Below, piece after piece: positions 31,383 to 40,488 of a stretch of DNA of 64,000 nucleotides. Source of the stretch: a bacterium (lineage in GTDB: Bacteria; SAR324; XYD2-FULL-50-16); assembly GCA_032250835.1 (NCBI GenBank), contig JAVVEA010000001.1, positions 320,001 through 384,000 on the forward strand. The letters are read 5' to 3'. Numbering within the stretch: the first letter of the stretch is position 1; every line of letters starts with the position of its first letter. The translations under genes were made by a program, and so were the position numbers. The notes under the pieces were generated by a model. That model searched no databases and was not told where the DNA came from. It saw only the letters and a list, made by a program, of their open reading frames with translations.

Positions 31383-32526
31383 CGGCGTAAGGTTGGTTGC
31401 GGCCCCACAAGATGCCCAATCCAGGCAAGGAGACCTCTTTTAGGTAAAAATAGCCCCCCAGGCCCCAGGCCTGATAGGTGACTTGACGGTTTTTGCCGCT
31501 CAGATCAATCCAGCCAACATCCACAAAGGGTGCGACCGTAGCGATCCCTAAGCTAGAATAGACGATGGGCATTTGATAATCAATGGAGGCGGTCAGATAC
31601 CGCCCACTCCAAAGCCCCATCCAAGGCACGCCCCGAGCCCCCAGCGCCCCACCGCCCTGAATGGCTAGTCTCGGGTCATCTCGGTTCAGGCGGTCGGCTT
31701 GCAGGCGCAGTTGCAGCGCCTGATCGCGCCAGATTGCCCCTTGCCAGCCCAGGTCTAGCCGGGTGACCCCGTTTTGGCTCCGGGTCTCGCTCTGGTATTC
31801 TAATTCCCCTTTAAAACCTTCATCAAAATAAAAATGGTAGGTCGTCGGGTCCCATAACAATAGGCCTCCAACCCAAAGGGGGTCTAGGTCTTCGGGCCGA
31901 CTCCCGCCCTGTAGGTCATGAAAGCGCAGCCGCTGGGCACTGACCGAAAGGGCCGCCCGCAAATCGGGCCCCAGGTTGCGGCCCAACCTTAGGTCCAAAC
32001 GGAGGCGGTCTTCGTCGCGCCGATCCAACACTTCATCTTCGGCGGCCCGCAGGGACACTAACCGCCGATCTGAACGCAAACTAAACCTTAGGTAACCCTG
32101 AGCCGACAAGAAATGGGGGTCTTCGAGCAGTCCCAAATAGGTGCTGCTCTCGGGCCCCACGATCCCCCCACCGAGCAGCAAGACCCCATGCCCCAAGAAG
32201 TTGCGTTCCGCCACAAAACCGCCCATTCTAGTTCCCTGGCCTTCGGTGGCGACCACCACCGGGATAGGCAGCAGGCTCCAACGATCCCGCACCTCAACCC
32301 GCCACCCCGAAGCTTGGGGGCGAACCTGGACGGTGGTAAAGAGTTGGGTATTTTTAAGGCAAGCCGCCAAGGCACGGGGGCTTTGGGGCCCCAGGTCGGC
32401 CAGGCATTCTTCGAATACCTGGGCCACATGGGCTGGGTCGCTGTAGGTCGTGCCCAGGACCTCCACCGCAGCCCAGACCGGATGAGCCATCAAGAGGGCC
32501 CACAAAAAGAGGATTGTATTTTTCAT
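31345..32526 (-). CDS. Omp85/BamA-TamA family outer-membrane protein with one POTRA-like domain
   Basis: Signal peptide, L..T.LF..V, RWSLLP.P, ERNFLG.G, RG, PFVDVG; start set at MKNTILF. Confidence 0.7.
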   Translation of the reverse strand: MKNTILFLWALLMAHPVWAAVEVLGTTYSDPAHVAQVFEECLADLGPQSPRALAACLKNTQLFTTVQVRPQASGWRVEVRDRWSLLPIPVVVATEGQGTRMGGFVAERNFLGHGVLLLGGGIVGPESSTYLGLLEDPHFLSAQGYLRFSLRSDRRLVSLRAAEDEVLDRRDEDRLRLDLRLGRNLGPDLRAALSVSAQRLRFHDLQGGSRPEDLDPLWVGGLLLWDPTTYHFYFDEGFKGELEYQSETRSQNGVTRLDLGWQGAIWRDQALQLRLQADRLNRDDPRLAIQGGGALGARGVPWMGLWSGRYLTASIDYQMPIVYSSLGIATVAPFVDVGWIDLSGKNRQVTYQAWGLGGYFYLKEVSLPGLGILWGRNQPYADVFAKITLGFDL

Positions 32527-32589
32527 AGGAACCGGGAACGCTGGCAACAAGCCCCCTAAAGATATGCCCTTTCCACCAGTCTGTTAAGC

Positions 32590-34755
32590 ATGGATCTCTT
32601 CGATTTCGCCGCCGAGGAACGCGAACGCCGCCAAGCCCCCTTGGCCGCAAGGATGCGCCCGGCCAACCTAGAGCAATTTATCGGCCAGGAGCATATCTTA
32701 GGTCCCGGTCGGTTGCTGCGCCGGGCGATCTTGGCCGACCAGTTGACCAGCCTGATCTTTTATGGCCCACCGGGCACGGGCAAGACCACCTTGGCCCGGA
32801 TCATCGCCGGGCACACCCAGTCGCAATTTATCGCCATCAACGCCGTCTTGGCGGGCATCAAAGACATCCGCGAAGCCATCGCCAGCGCCGAGACGCTTTC
32901 GAAAGAGCAGGGTCGGCGTAGCATCTTGTTCATTGACGAGGTCCACCGCTTCAATAAAGCCCAGCAAGACGCCCTCTTGCCCCATGTCGAGCGCGGGTTG
33001 CTGGTCCTGGTGGGCGCGACCACCGAAAATCCCTACTTCGAGGTCAACAAAGCGCTGGTTAGCCGCTCTAGGATCTTTGAGCTCAAGAGCCTTGAAGACC
33101 AGCACCTAGTGGCCATCCTCAAACAAGCCCTGGCCGATGAGGAACGTGGCTTTGGGGGCCGCCCGGTAGAGGTCCTTCCCGAGGCGTTACTCCATCTGGC
33201 CCAGGTAGCCTCAGGCGACGCCCGCGCCGCGCTCAACGCGCTGGAATTGGCGGTGGTTTCGACGGAGCCTGACGCCCAAGGAGTCACCCACGTAGATTTA
33301 AGCATAGCCGAAGAGTCAATCCAGCGCAAAGCAGTGCTTTACGATAAAGACGGCGACGCCCATTTTGATGTGGCCTCGGCGTTCATTAAGTCACTGCGCG
33401 GCTCGGACCCCGACGCAGCGCTCTACTGGATGGCCAAAATGCTCTACGCCGGAGAAGACCCGCGCTTTTTGTTTCGGCGGATGATCATTTTCGCCAGTGA
33501 AGATGTGGGGATGGCGGACCCCAAGGCCTTAGAACAGGTGATTTCGGCGGCTCGATCTTATGACTACGTGGGCCTGCCCGAAGGCCGTTTCCCTCTGGCT
33601 CAAGCCTGTATCTATCTGGCCACCGCCCCCAAAAGCAACAGCGCCTTCGCTTTTTTCGACGCCCTCAAATCGGTAGAAAAGGAGCGGGCCGGTGAGGTCC
33701 CCAACCACTTAAAAGACGCCAGCCGGGACGCAGACGATTTGGGCCACGGTAAGGGATACCTCTACCCTCATGCCTTCCGCGACCATTGGGTGGCCCAGCA
33801 ATATCTCCCCAGCGGATTGCAGGGGCGGCTTTTTTACCAGCCCAGCGAGATCGGCTATGAAGCCCAGATCAAAGATCAGGTGGAGGCGCGCCGCGAAACC
33901 CAACTAGCCGCCATGTTAGCAGCAGGCAAAGCAGGGACCCAGGCCTGGGAGGAGCGTAGCCTTGAGGGCGGCGGGGAGCTACTAGCCCAAGTGCGCCACC
34001 ATCTCTTTGAAGGGATCGAGTTGGGGCGCGAGCCCCTAACACTCTGCTTAAATGAATCCAGCGGGATCTTGCTCGGTCAATTATGCCGTTTGGCTCCTTT
34101 AGGCAGCCACCATGCACAAACCGAAACGGACGAAGGGGCGGCGATTTTAAGGGCCCAATTCCAACGCGGACGCCTAGAGGACCCTCAAATACATTCCGGG
34201 GCCCTGCCTGGGGTGTTGGCGCAACTGGGCCAAGGGGGCTTAAGTTTCGAGTGGATCTTTGCCTTAGAGCCCGACCCGCAAAACTTCGCGGAGCTGGCTC
34301 AGCTCCTGGCACCGAAGGGACAGCTGGTCTTCGCTAGACGGCTACCCCAACAGGGGCAACGCCTTTCGGCTTGGATGTCCGAAGAGTTTAAGCAGAGTGG
34401 GGCCGGTAAAGCGTTTTTGGGCCTAGAGGAAGAGCTTTTTAAGGACCCCAACAACCCAAAGATGGCCTGGGACGAAGCCAAATTGGCGGAGCAGTTAAAC
34501 CAGGTGGGATTGTTGCCCCAAGGGGCCGGAGTGCAACAGCTCGAATATCCGGTGCGGGTCACCGAAGAGCGCTTACAAAGCTGGTTTGAACCGACCAGAC
34601 CTTTTAGCTATGGGGAACGACTAAAAGGCCTGGGGGCTTTGGAGTCCAAGGAAATAACGGGTCACCTTCGCAACATGACCCTCGGCCAAAGGCTCCCATG
34701 GAAGAGCCCTTGGACCTTTTTTCGGGCCCTAAAGCCCGAATCCGATCCAGACTAA
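32590..34755 (+). CDS. rarA: Replication-associated recombination protein A (AAA+) with C-terminal extension
   Basis: [51 protein letters not shown]. Confidence 0.95.
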   Translation: MDLFDFAAEERERRQAPLAARMRPANLEQFIGQEHILGPGRLLRRAILADQLTSLIFYGPPGTGKTTLARIIAGHTQSQFIAINAVLAGIKDIREAIASAETLSKEQGRRSILFIDEVHRFNKAQQDALLPHVERGLLVLVGATTENPYFEVNKALVSRSRIFELKSLEDQHLVAILKQALADEERGFGGRPVEVLPEALLHLAQVASGDARAALNALELAVVSTEPDAQGVTHVDLSIAEESIQRKAVLYDKDGDAHFDVASAFIKSLRGSDPDAALYWMAKMLYAGEDPRFLFRRMIIFASEDVGMADPKALEQVISAARSYDYVGLPEGRFPLAQACIYLATAPKSNSAFAFFDALKSVEKERAGEVPNHLKDASRDADDLGHGKGYLYPHAFRDHWVAQQYLPSGLQGRLFYQPSEIGYEAQIKDQVEARRETQLAAMLAAGKAGTQAWEERSLEGGGELLAQVRHHLFEGIELGREPLTLCLNESSGILLGQLCRLAPLGSHHAQTETDEGAAILRAQFQRGRLEDPQIHSGALPGVLAQLGQGGLSFEWIFALEPDPQNFAELAQLLAPKGQLVFARRLPQQGQRLSAWMSEEFKQSGAGKAFLGLEEELFKDPNNPKMAWDEAKLAEQLNQVGLLPQGAGVQQLEYPVRVTEERLQSWFEPTRPFSYGERLKGLGALESKEITGHLRNMTLGQRLPWKSPWTFFRALKPESDPD

Positions 34756-35105
34756 GAAACCTTCAAGGGAAGGCCCGCCTGATACCAGCTCATCACGCCG
34801 CCGGTAACGTTAAAGGCTTGATCAAAGCCTTTATCCTTCAGCATAGCCGCCGCCGTGAAGCTCCGGTTGCCTGAACGGCAAATCACCAAGATTTCTTTGC
34901 CTTTATGCTCTTCTAATTCATGGATTTTTCCGGCCAAGTCTTGCACGGGGATCAGCACGCTACCTTCCACATGGGCTTGCTGGTATTCGGCTGCGGTGCG
35001 CACATCAAGCATGAACACCTCGTTGGGCTTCGTCGAAAAGCGTGAGTGGGCCTCTTCAACCGTCACTTCGTTTACAGAGGAGAAGCCTTTCATGAATCCG
35101 AACAT
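34752..35105 (-). CDS. Rhodanese-like sulfurtransferase
   Basis: LDVRT..EY...H, CRSGNRS active loop, GG...W. Confidence 0.92.
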   Translation of the reverse strand: MFGFMKGFSSVNEVTVEEAHSRFSTKPNEVFMLDVRTAAEYQQAHVEGSVLIPVQDLAGKIHELEEHKGKEILVICRSGNRSFTAAAMLKDKGFDQAFNVTGGVMSWYQAGLPLKVS

Positions 35106-35133
35106 ACACCATCCTATATCTAGGTTACCAAAC

Positions 35134-35170
35134 TGCGATGCAACTTGCTATATCGCAATATATGAATATA
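35134..35170. promoter_or_regulatory. AT-rich imperfect palindromes upstream of the rhodanese gene (candidate repressor operator)
   Basis: TGCGAT...ATCGCA inverted repeat overlapping TATATCGCAATATATGAATATA. Confidence 0.35.
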
Positions 35171-35185
35171 ATTTATTCTTCCTTG

Positions 35186-36307
35186 TCAGTTTTGTCTAGC
35201 CCAAAAATAAGCTGTTAATTCATCGGCCAAGAGCAATCCTTGCGGAGTTAAGGAGAGCCGACCCCCAGCCAATTTGAGCCAGCCTGCCTGTTGGGCCCGT
35301 TCAAAGTCAGGTCCCCATTGCAGGTTAAAGTCCGCTAACAAAACCCCTTCGGGCCGCCTCAAGCCCAACATCCAGGCCTCGGACTGGGCTTCTTCTGCCC
35401 CTAAGACTTCGTCTAAATCCCAGGGAAGCTGCGCTGATTTTAGCCCCTGGCGGTATTCTTTTAGGCGGCGGTGGTTGGCGTAGCGTTGGTCGTCTACCAA
35501 GCCATGAGCCCCCATTCCCAAGCCTAAATAATTTTCCCGATTCCAGTTGGATTGATTTTGGCGTGACTCAAAACCCGCAAGAGCAAAGTTGCTTACCTCA
35601 TATTGCCGCATTCCGGCCTGCCTAATCTGTTCGATAGATTGCAAGTAGGCTGCGGCAATGTCCTTTTCTTGCGCTTGAACCCAGGCCGCCCACTGGGGCT
35701 TAACGGCCAGCTTGCTGCCCGCCTCGATGCTGAGCGCGTACAGTGAAAGGTGGGTGGCCCCGCTGGCCAAGGCTCCTTTTATGTCCGCCCTAAGCTGAGC
35801 CGGGCTTTGGCCTGGATAACCAAAAATAAGGTCTAGGTTAAAGTCCTTCAACCCGGCGGCCTCTAAAGCCTCTAAGGCCCGGTGGTTGTCCTTTGGCCCG
35901 TGCACGCGGCCTAGGGCCTTGAGGCAACCGGCGTCAAAGCTTTGTACCCCCAGGCTCACGCGGTTGACGCCTAGCGCCTTAAGCCCCTTGGCGTAAGCGA
36001 GGTCTACATCTTCGGGGTTGAGCTCCATACTGACTTGCACCGCAGGACCCAAATCCGGCAGCATAGCCAAGAGCGATTCTAACTCAGCTAAGCTTAAGCG
36101 GGATGGGGTCCCGCCGCCCAAATAGACGGACCGAAGGGGTGCAAAATCTAGCGCAAAGCGCTGGCCCAGCAAAGCCCACTCAGCCCGCATCAACTCCAGA
36201 TAAAAGTCTTTTTCCCGACCCCGGTCTTTGAGCACCGCAAAAGCACAAAAAGGACAAATTTCTCGGCAGAAAGGCAGGTGTAGGTAGATCGAATAAATGG
36301 GGCTCAC
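35186..36307 (-). CDS. hemW: Radical SAM heme chaperone HemW
   Basis: YLHLPFCREICPFC, GGGTPS, SLGVQSF, HLSLY.L, YEVSNF, HemN_C-like tail. Confidence 0.9.
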   Translation of the reverse strand: MSPIYSIYLHLPFCREICPFCAFAVLKDRGREKDFYLELMRAEWALLGQRFALDFAPLRSVYLGGGTPSRLSLAELESLLAMLPDLGPAVQVSMELNPEDVDLAYAKGLKALGVNRVSLGVQSFDAGCLKALGRVHGPKDNHRALEALEAAGLKDFNLDLIFGYPGQSPAQLRADIKGALASGATHLSLYALSIEAGSKLAVKPQWAAWVQAQEKDIAAAYLQSIEQIRQAGMRQYEVSNFALAGFESRQNQSNWNRENYLGLGMGAHGLVDDQRYANHRRLKEYRQGLKSAQLPWDLDEVLGAEEAQSEAWMLGLRRPEGVLLADFNLQWGPDFERAQQAGWLKLAGGRLSLTPQGLLLADELTAYFWARQN

Positions 36308-37131
36308 CAGTCTTTCTCGACCGGTTGGCTGCCGCCGCGGTAGAGGCCCATACGCTCGCGGCGGTCCGCTTTGGCGTCGGCTGATTCCTTTTGCAGGCGC
36401 AACAAACGTTTCAGCGCCTCTTTGGCTTTCATTTGTTGGGCCTGCTGGTCGCCGGGGTGGCCTTCTTGATCGGCCTGAGAGGAGGGGGTATTTTGGGCCT
36501 CCTCTGGGGGGGATTTTTGACCGGAACTTGGCTTTTGTTCCTTTTGAGCCGAGTCCTGGGGCGGTTGCTTTGAGTCGCCCGATTGACCCTGGTCCGGTGG
36601 CGTCTGGTGCTCTGAGTCCTGCTTTGGAGAGTCTTGGGGGGGCTGTTTGGGTTGTTGTAACAACCTTAAGGCTGCGGCGACCGCTTGCTGCACTTCAGAT
36701 TGTTGGCGCGCCGCCGGTTCGGGTTGTTGGGACTTTAAAGATTGCCCGACCCTTGCTTGGGCGGCCAACGAAGCCTCCAAGAGGGCTAACACCTCTGGCC
36801 CCTTAGGGTTTTGCTGTAGGCTGGGGTCTTGTTGGCCTAGCTTTAGGGTCGAATCTAAGGCCTCATACAGCCGGTTCGACTGCCCCAGGGGGTTTTGGCT
36901 GGCCAACGGTTTGGGAGCCGCTAGGATCGCTTCTAGACGCTGGGCCAAAGGGGCTAAACGGTGTTCGAGCCGCGCCAGCGCTGGGTCGTTTGGGGGTCTG
37001 TTGGAAGACAAAAAGCCCTGACGCAGCGGTTCCAACTCGGGCTCTAGGCCACCTGCGGCCCAAAGGCCAGCTGGTTGGGCCAACCAGCCTGAGGTCCAAA
37101 GCAAAACAATAAGGGGCCGCATTAACTTCAT
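36304..37131 (-). CDS. Secreted helical protein with Q/P-rich linker and VEKDW terminus (BatC C-terminal-like)
   Basis: Signal peptide, QPKQPPQDSPKQ low-complexity region, terminal VEKDW. Confidence 0.6.
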   Translation of the reverse strand: MKLMRPLIVLLWTSGWLAQPAGLWAAGGLEPELEPLRQGFLSSNRPPNDPALARLEHRLAPLAQRLEAILAAPKPLASQNPLGQSNRLYEALDSTLKLGQQDPSLQQNPKGPEVLALLEASLAAQARVGQSLKSQQPEPAARQQSEVQQAVAAALRLLQQPKQPPQDSPKQDSEHQTPPDQGQSGDSKQPPQDSAQKEQKPSSGQKSPPEEAQNTPSSQADQEGHPGDQQAQQMKAKEALKRLLRLQKESADAKADRRERMGLYRGGSQPVEKDW

Positions 37132-37269
37132 AGCGCTATTTTTCCGTATCCCATCACTTTTGGCAAGCCGCGTCGAATGTGGCCTAGTACCCTAAAAAAC
37201 AGTTGCCCCTACAAGAGTTCTGTGAAAGCATCCACATAAACCATTTTTCGACCTAGGCGCTGAACCAAG

Positions 37270-38052
37270 ATGAAACAAAACGCGGCGAAACTTCAAGAAG
37301 CGTTAGATCTCCTATTGGTAAGCCTTCCCCAGGACAAAAGCGCCGCTTTGATGCCCGGCCTGCTCGCCCAGATGGGCCAAGTGTTGGCTCAGGCGAGCTC
37401 GATGGACCCCGAAAGTCTTTCTGAACTAGTCGGCCGGTGGGAAACTACCGCTGAGGACCCGCTTTTTAACGAATTAGGTCAGTTGTTGCGCCGCTTCCAC
37501 GACAACCTAACCCACCTACCCGATGCACTTCCGGCGGGGTTGGGGCAGGTGAGCGCCGATGAGGTCGGCTCGATGAGCGGCAAGTTGCGCCATGTCTTAG
37601 AATTGACCGAAGGTGCCGCCAACCGTACGCTAGACCTTTCCGAAGAGGCCTTAGAGGCACTGCGCGAAGAAGCCACTGAGCTAAAGCAGCTGAAAGTTGG
37701 GCTCAACGACTTAGCCCAGGAAAAATGCCTGACCCAGCGCGCTGCGGGCAAAATTGAGGCCGCCATGGCTCAAGTTGAGCAGGCCCTAAACAACAACCAG
37801 AGCCACAGCGAACGGATCGGCAACATTCTGGTTACTCAAGATTATCAGGACCTCAGCGGTCAGTTGATCCAGAAGATGCTGGACCTCATGGCAAGACTGG
37901 AAGCAGACCTAGGCTCACTGCTGGGCCGTTATGGACAAAAATTACATCCAAAAGCCGAGGGAGTTCCCCTTGAAGGCCCTTTGAAGGATGACCACCAAGA
38001 CCGCCACGACCAAACGGATGTGGATGCTTTGCTTGACCAGTTCGGATTTTAG
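37270..38052 (+). CDS. cheZ: Chemotaxis phosphatase CheZ
   Basis: TE.AA.RT, QDYQDLSGQ (DxxxQ catalytic motif), C-terminal DVDALLDQFGF. Confidence 0.9.
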   Translation: MKQNAAKLQEALDLLLVSLPQDKSAALMPGLLAQMGQVLAQASSMDPESLSELVGRWETTAEDPLFNELGQLLRRFHDNLTHLPDALPAGLGQVSADEVGSMSGKLRHVLELTEGAANRTLDLSEEALEALREEATELKQLKVGLNDLAQEKCLTQRAAGKIEAAMAQVEQALNNNQSHSERIGNILVTQDYQDLSGQLIQKMLDLMARLEADLGSLLGRYGQKLHPKAEGVPLEGPLKDDHQDRHDQTDVDALLDQFGF

Positions 38053-38056
38053 AAAT

Positions 38057-38947
38057 ATGCCCTACCGACTGTTTCTCATTGCTTTGTTGTTGGCCCCCCA
38101 GCCCGCCTGGGCCGCCAAGGAACCCCAGTTCAACACAAGGGTCAGCACGCCTTGGAACGACCCCAGCCAAATCCGCGTGGAACCGGCGCGCCCGGCTGAA
38201 AAGATGGCTTCCCCCACAGAGCCCACCGCTCCGGCAAATCCAAAGCCCCCAGCCCAGCCGAGTAAAAAAGCTCCTGCGGCGCCTCTCAAGGCCCCTAAAG
38301 TTAAGGCCTTAAGTTCTAAGTCAGCCCCCTTAAACCCTTATTGGGTACAAGCCGGGGCTTTTATCCAAGACGCCAACGCCTACCGCTTGCAGGCCCAACT
38401 AAAAGACGAAGGCTACCCTGCTAGAGTCCATGTCACCCAAGATTTAGACCGTCGGGTCTACCACTTAGTGCTGATCGGTGACTTTGAAGACAAAGACAAA
38501 GCCCAGGAAGTGGCCAAAGCATACACCAAAAAACGCCAGGAAAAATCCGTAGTTATCCATAAAGGTGCCATCATCCGGGTTTTCAACCCCGACGCCAAGT
38601 TAGTGACCCACGAGAAAATCCCTCGGGTTTATGCAGATCCAGGTGAACACTCACCCACCTTATTGGAAATCCCCGAAAATATTTATCAACCTGTAGAAAA
38701 CCCGGAAGCTAAGTTTATTTTCCAGGTAGGCGGGCTCTATAAATTAGAGGCGGCCAATAAACTGGCCAAGGAATTAAAAAAGCGCGGATACCGCCCCTTG
38801 GTAAACAAGAAAAAAGATATCAACCAGTTAGACTGGTGGTACGCGGTGGAAATCGGTTTCTTTTACACAAAGGCGGAGGCTGAAATGGCCGCTTCGGCCT
38901 TCTTTGAAAAGGAACATTTACAGGCCGAAGTGCCTCCGATCCGCTAA
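38057..38947 (+). CDS. Secreted double SPOR-domain protein
   Basis: Signal peptide, Pro/Lys linker, YWVQAGAF...NA and FQVGG...AA.KL...L..RGY; start set at MPYRLF. Confidence 0.85.
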   Translation: MPYRLFLIALLLAPQPAWAAKEPQFNTRVSTPWNDPSQIRVEPARPAEKMASPTEPTAPANPKPPAQPSKKAPAAPLKAPKVKALSSKSAPLNPYWVQAGAFIQDANAYRLQAQLKDEGYPARVHVTQDLDRRVYHLVLIGDFEDKDKAQEVAKAYTKKRQEKSVVIHKGAIIRVFNPDAKLVTHEKIPRVYADPGEHSPTLLEIPENIYQPVENPEAKFIFQVGGLYKLEAANKLAKELKKRGYRPLVNKKKDINQLDWWYAVEIGFFYTKAEAEMAASAFFEKEHLQAEVPPIR

Positions 38948-39007
38948 AGTCTTTTATATTTTTTCCATAAATTCATAGATTATTGGGTGCTCAAGACCCG
39001 ATTCAGG

Positions 39008-39035
39008 TTGACAAGCGCCCTGCTTCAACGATAAT
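39008..39035 (+). promoter_or_regulatory. Putative sigma70 promoter of ftsA
   Basis: TTGACA-16 bp-GATAAT. Confidence 0.55.
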
Positions 39036-39127
39036 CCGAAAGAGAAAACCTTCAGCTCGGGGGGCGGCGGTTTTGCCGGTTTTCTAAGAAATGAAGGAAT
39101 GCTCAGATCCCAGGGAAACACAATAAA

Positions 39128-40381
39128 ATGCGGCAGGCGAAGTACCAGGAAGGTCGAGTAGTTGTAGGGCTGGACATCGGCACCACAAAAATTTGTGTCG
39201 TCGCTGCGGAAATCACCGACAAAGGCAAGATCCGCATCATCGGCTTTGGCCAATCCCCCTCGGAAGGACTCAACCGAGGCGTGGTGACCAATATTTCTGC
39301 GGCGGCTAGCTCGATCCGCAAAGCGGTCGAGGAATGCCAACTCAAAAGCGGGATCGAGATCGAATCGGTCTATGCTGGCATCGCCGGGCACCACATCACC
39401 GGTCTCAACCGGGACGGTGTGGTCGCGGTTCGCGGTGACACCATCACCGAACACGACATCCAGCGCGTCATTGAGACCGCCAGAGCCTGCAACTTCCCAG
39501 ACAAAGAAATCTTACATACCCTCTGCCAAGAGTACATCGTTGACGGCCAAGACGGCGTCAAGCAACCGGTGGGTATGGCAGGCAAGCGCCTTGAAGCCAA
39601 GGTCCATTTGATCTTAGGCTCGGTCACCTCGGCAGCCAACATCGTCCAATGTTGCCACAACGCCGACCTGCACGTGAACAACGTAGTGCTGGAGCCTTTG
39701 GCCAGTAGTTTGGCGGTGCTCGAAGAGGAAGAAAAAGAATTAGGCGTGGCGCTGCTGGACATTGGCGGCGGCACCAGCGACATGGTGATCTACAAAAACG
39801 GTTCTATCGTACACACCAGCGTCTTGCCGCTCGGTGGACACCAAGTCACCAACGACATCGCCATCGGCCTACGCACCACCAAAGACGAGGCGCTGCGCGT
39901 CAAACACGAGGTGGGTATCGCTTTGGTCAGCATGGTCAAAGACAAAGAGACGGTGGTCCTCAAGGGCATTGCCGGACGCGAAGACCGGATCTTAGAGCGC
40001 CGTTTGTTGGCCGAAGTGGTCCAGGCGCGCTACGAAGAAATTTACGACCTGATTTTAGACGACATGCGGCGCTCGGGCTATCTGCCCTCGATTGCGGCCG
40101 GCGTTGTCTTGACCGGTGGTTCTAGCCTGATGAAGGGCGCGGCCAAACTAGCTGAGCAGATGATGCAAATGCCGGTGCGTATTGGTACCCCAACCCACAT
40201 CGAAGGCTTAGACGAGTTGGTAGATTCACCTATTTACGCCACTGCTGTGGGTCTGGTAAAGTACGGTGCAGAAAACGACCTCGACACCACCTTCACCCGC
40301 AATACCAACCCAGAGAATATCTTTTCTGAGGTGGTGACGAACATGAAAAGCAACATAAAAGGCTTCTTCGATTTGTTTTAA
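39128..40381 (+). CDS. ftsA: Cell division protein FtsA
   Basis: GLDIGTTKI, DIGGGTSD, GVVLTGG, YATAVGL, amphipathic C-terminal helix. Confidence 0.97.
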   Translation: MRQAKYQEGRVVVGLDIGTTKICVVAAEITDKGKIRIIGFGQSPSEGLNRGVVTNISAAASSIRKAVEECQLKSGIEIESVYAGIAGHHITGLNRDGVVAVRGDTITEHDIQRVIETARACNFPDKEILHTLCQEYIVDGQDGVKQPVGMAGKRLEAKVHLILGSVTSAANIVQCCHNADLHVNNVVLEPLASSLAVLEEEEKELGVALLDIGGGTSDMVIYKNGSIVHTSVLPLGGHQVTNDIAIGLRTTKDEALRVKHEVGIALVSMVKDKETVVLKGIAGREDRILERRLLAEVVQARYEEIYDLILDDMRRSGYLPSIAAGVVLTGGSSLMKGAAKLAEQMMQMPVRIGTPTHIEGLDELVDSPIYATAVGLVKYGAENDLDTTFTRNTNPENIFSEVVTNMKSNIKGFFDLF

Positions 40382-40403
40382 TAATCCTTTTAGGGATTTG
40401 TCC

Positions 40404-40431
40404 TTGCATTTCGGCCTAGGGCGTTTATACT
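40404..40431 (+). promoter_or_regulatory. Putative sigma70 promoter of ftsZ
   Basis: TTGCAT-16 bp-TATACT. Confidence 0.5.
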
Positions 40432-40488
40432 CTGGGCAATCGGTTTATTAGTATTTCAGGGCGGCACTTTTCGCAACTAAGGGTCAAC

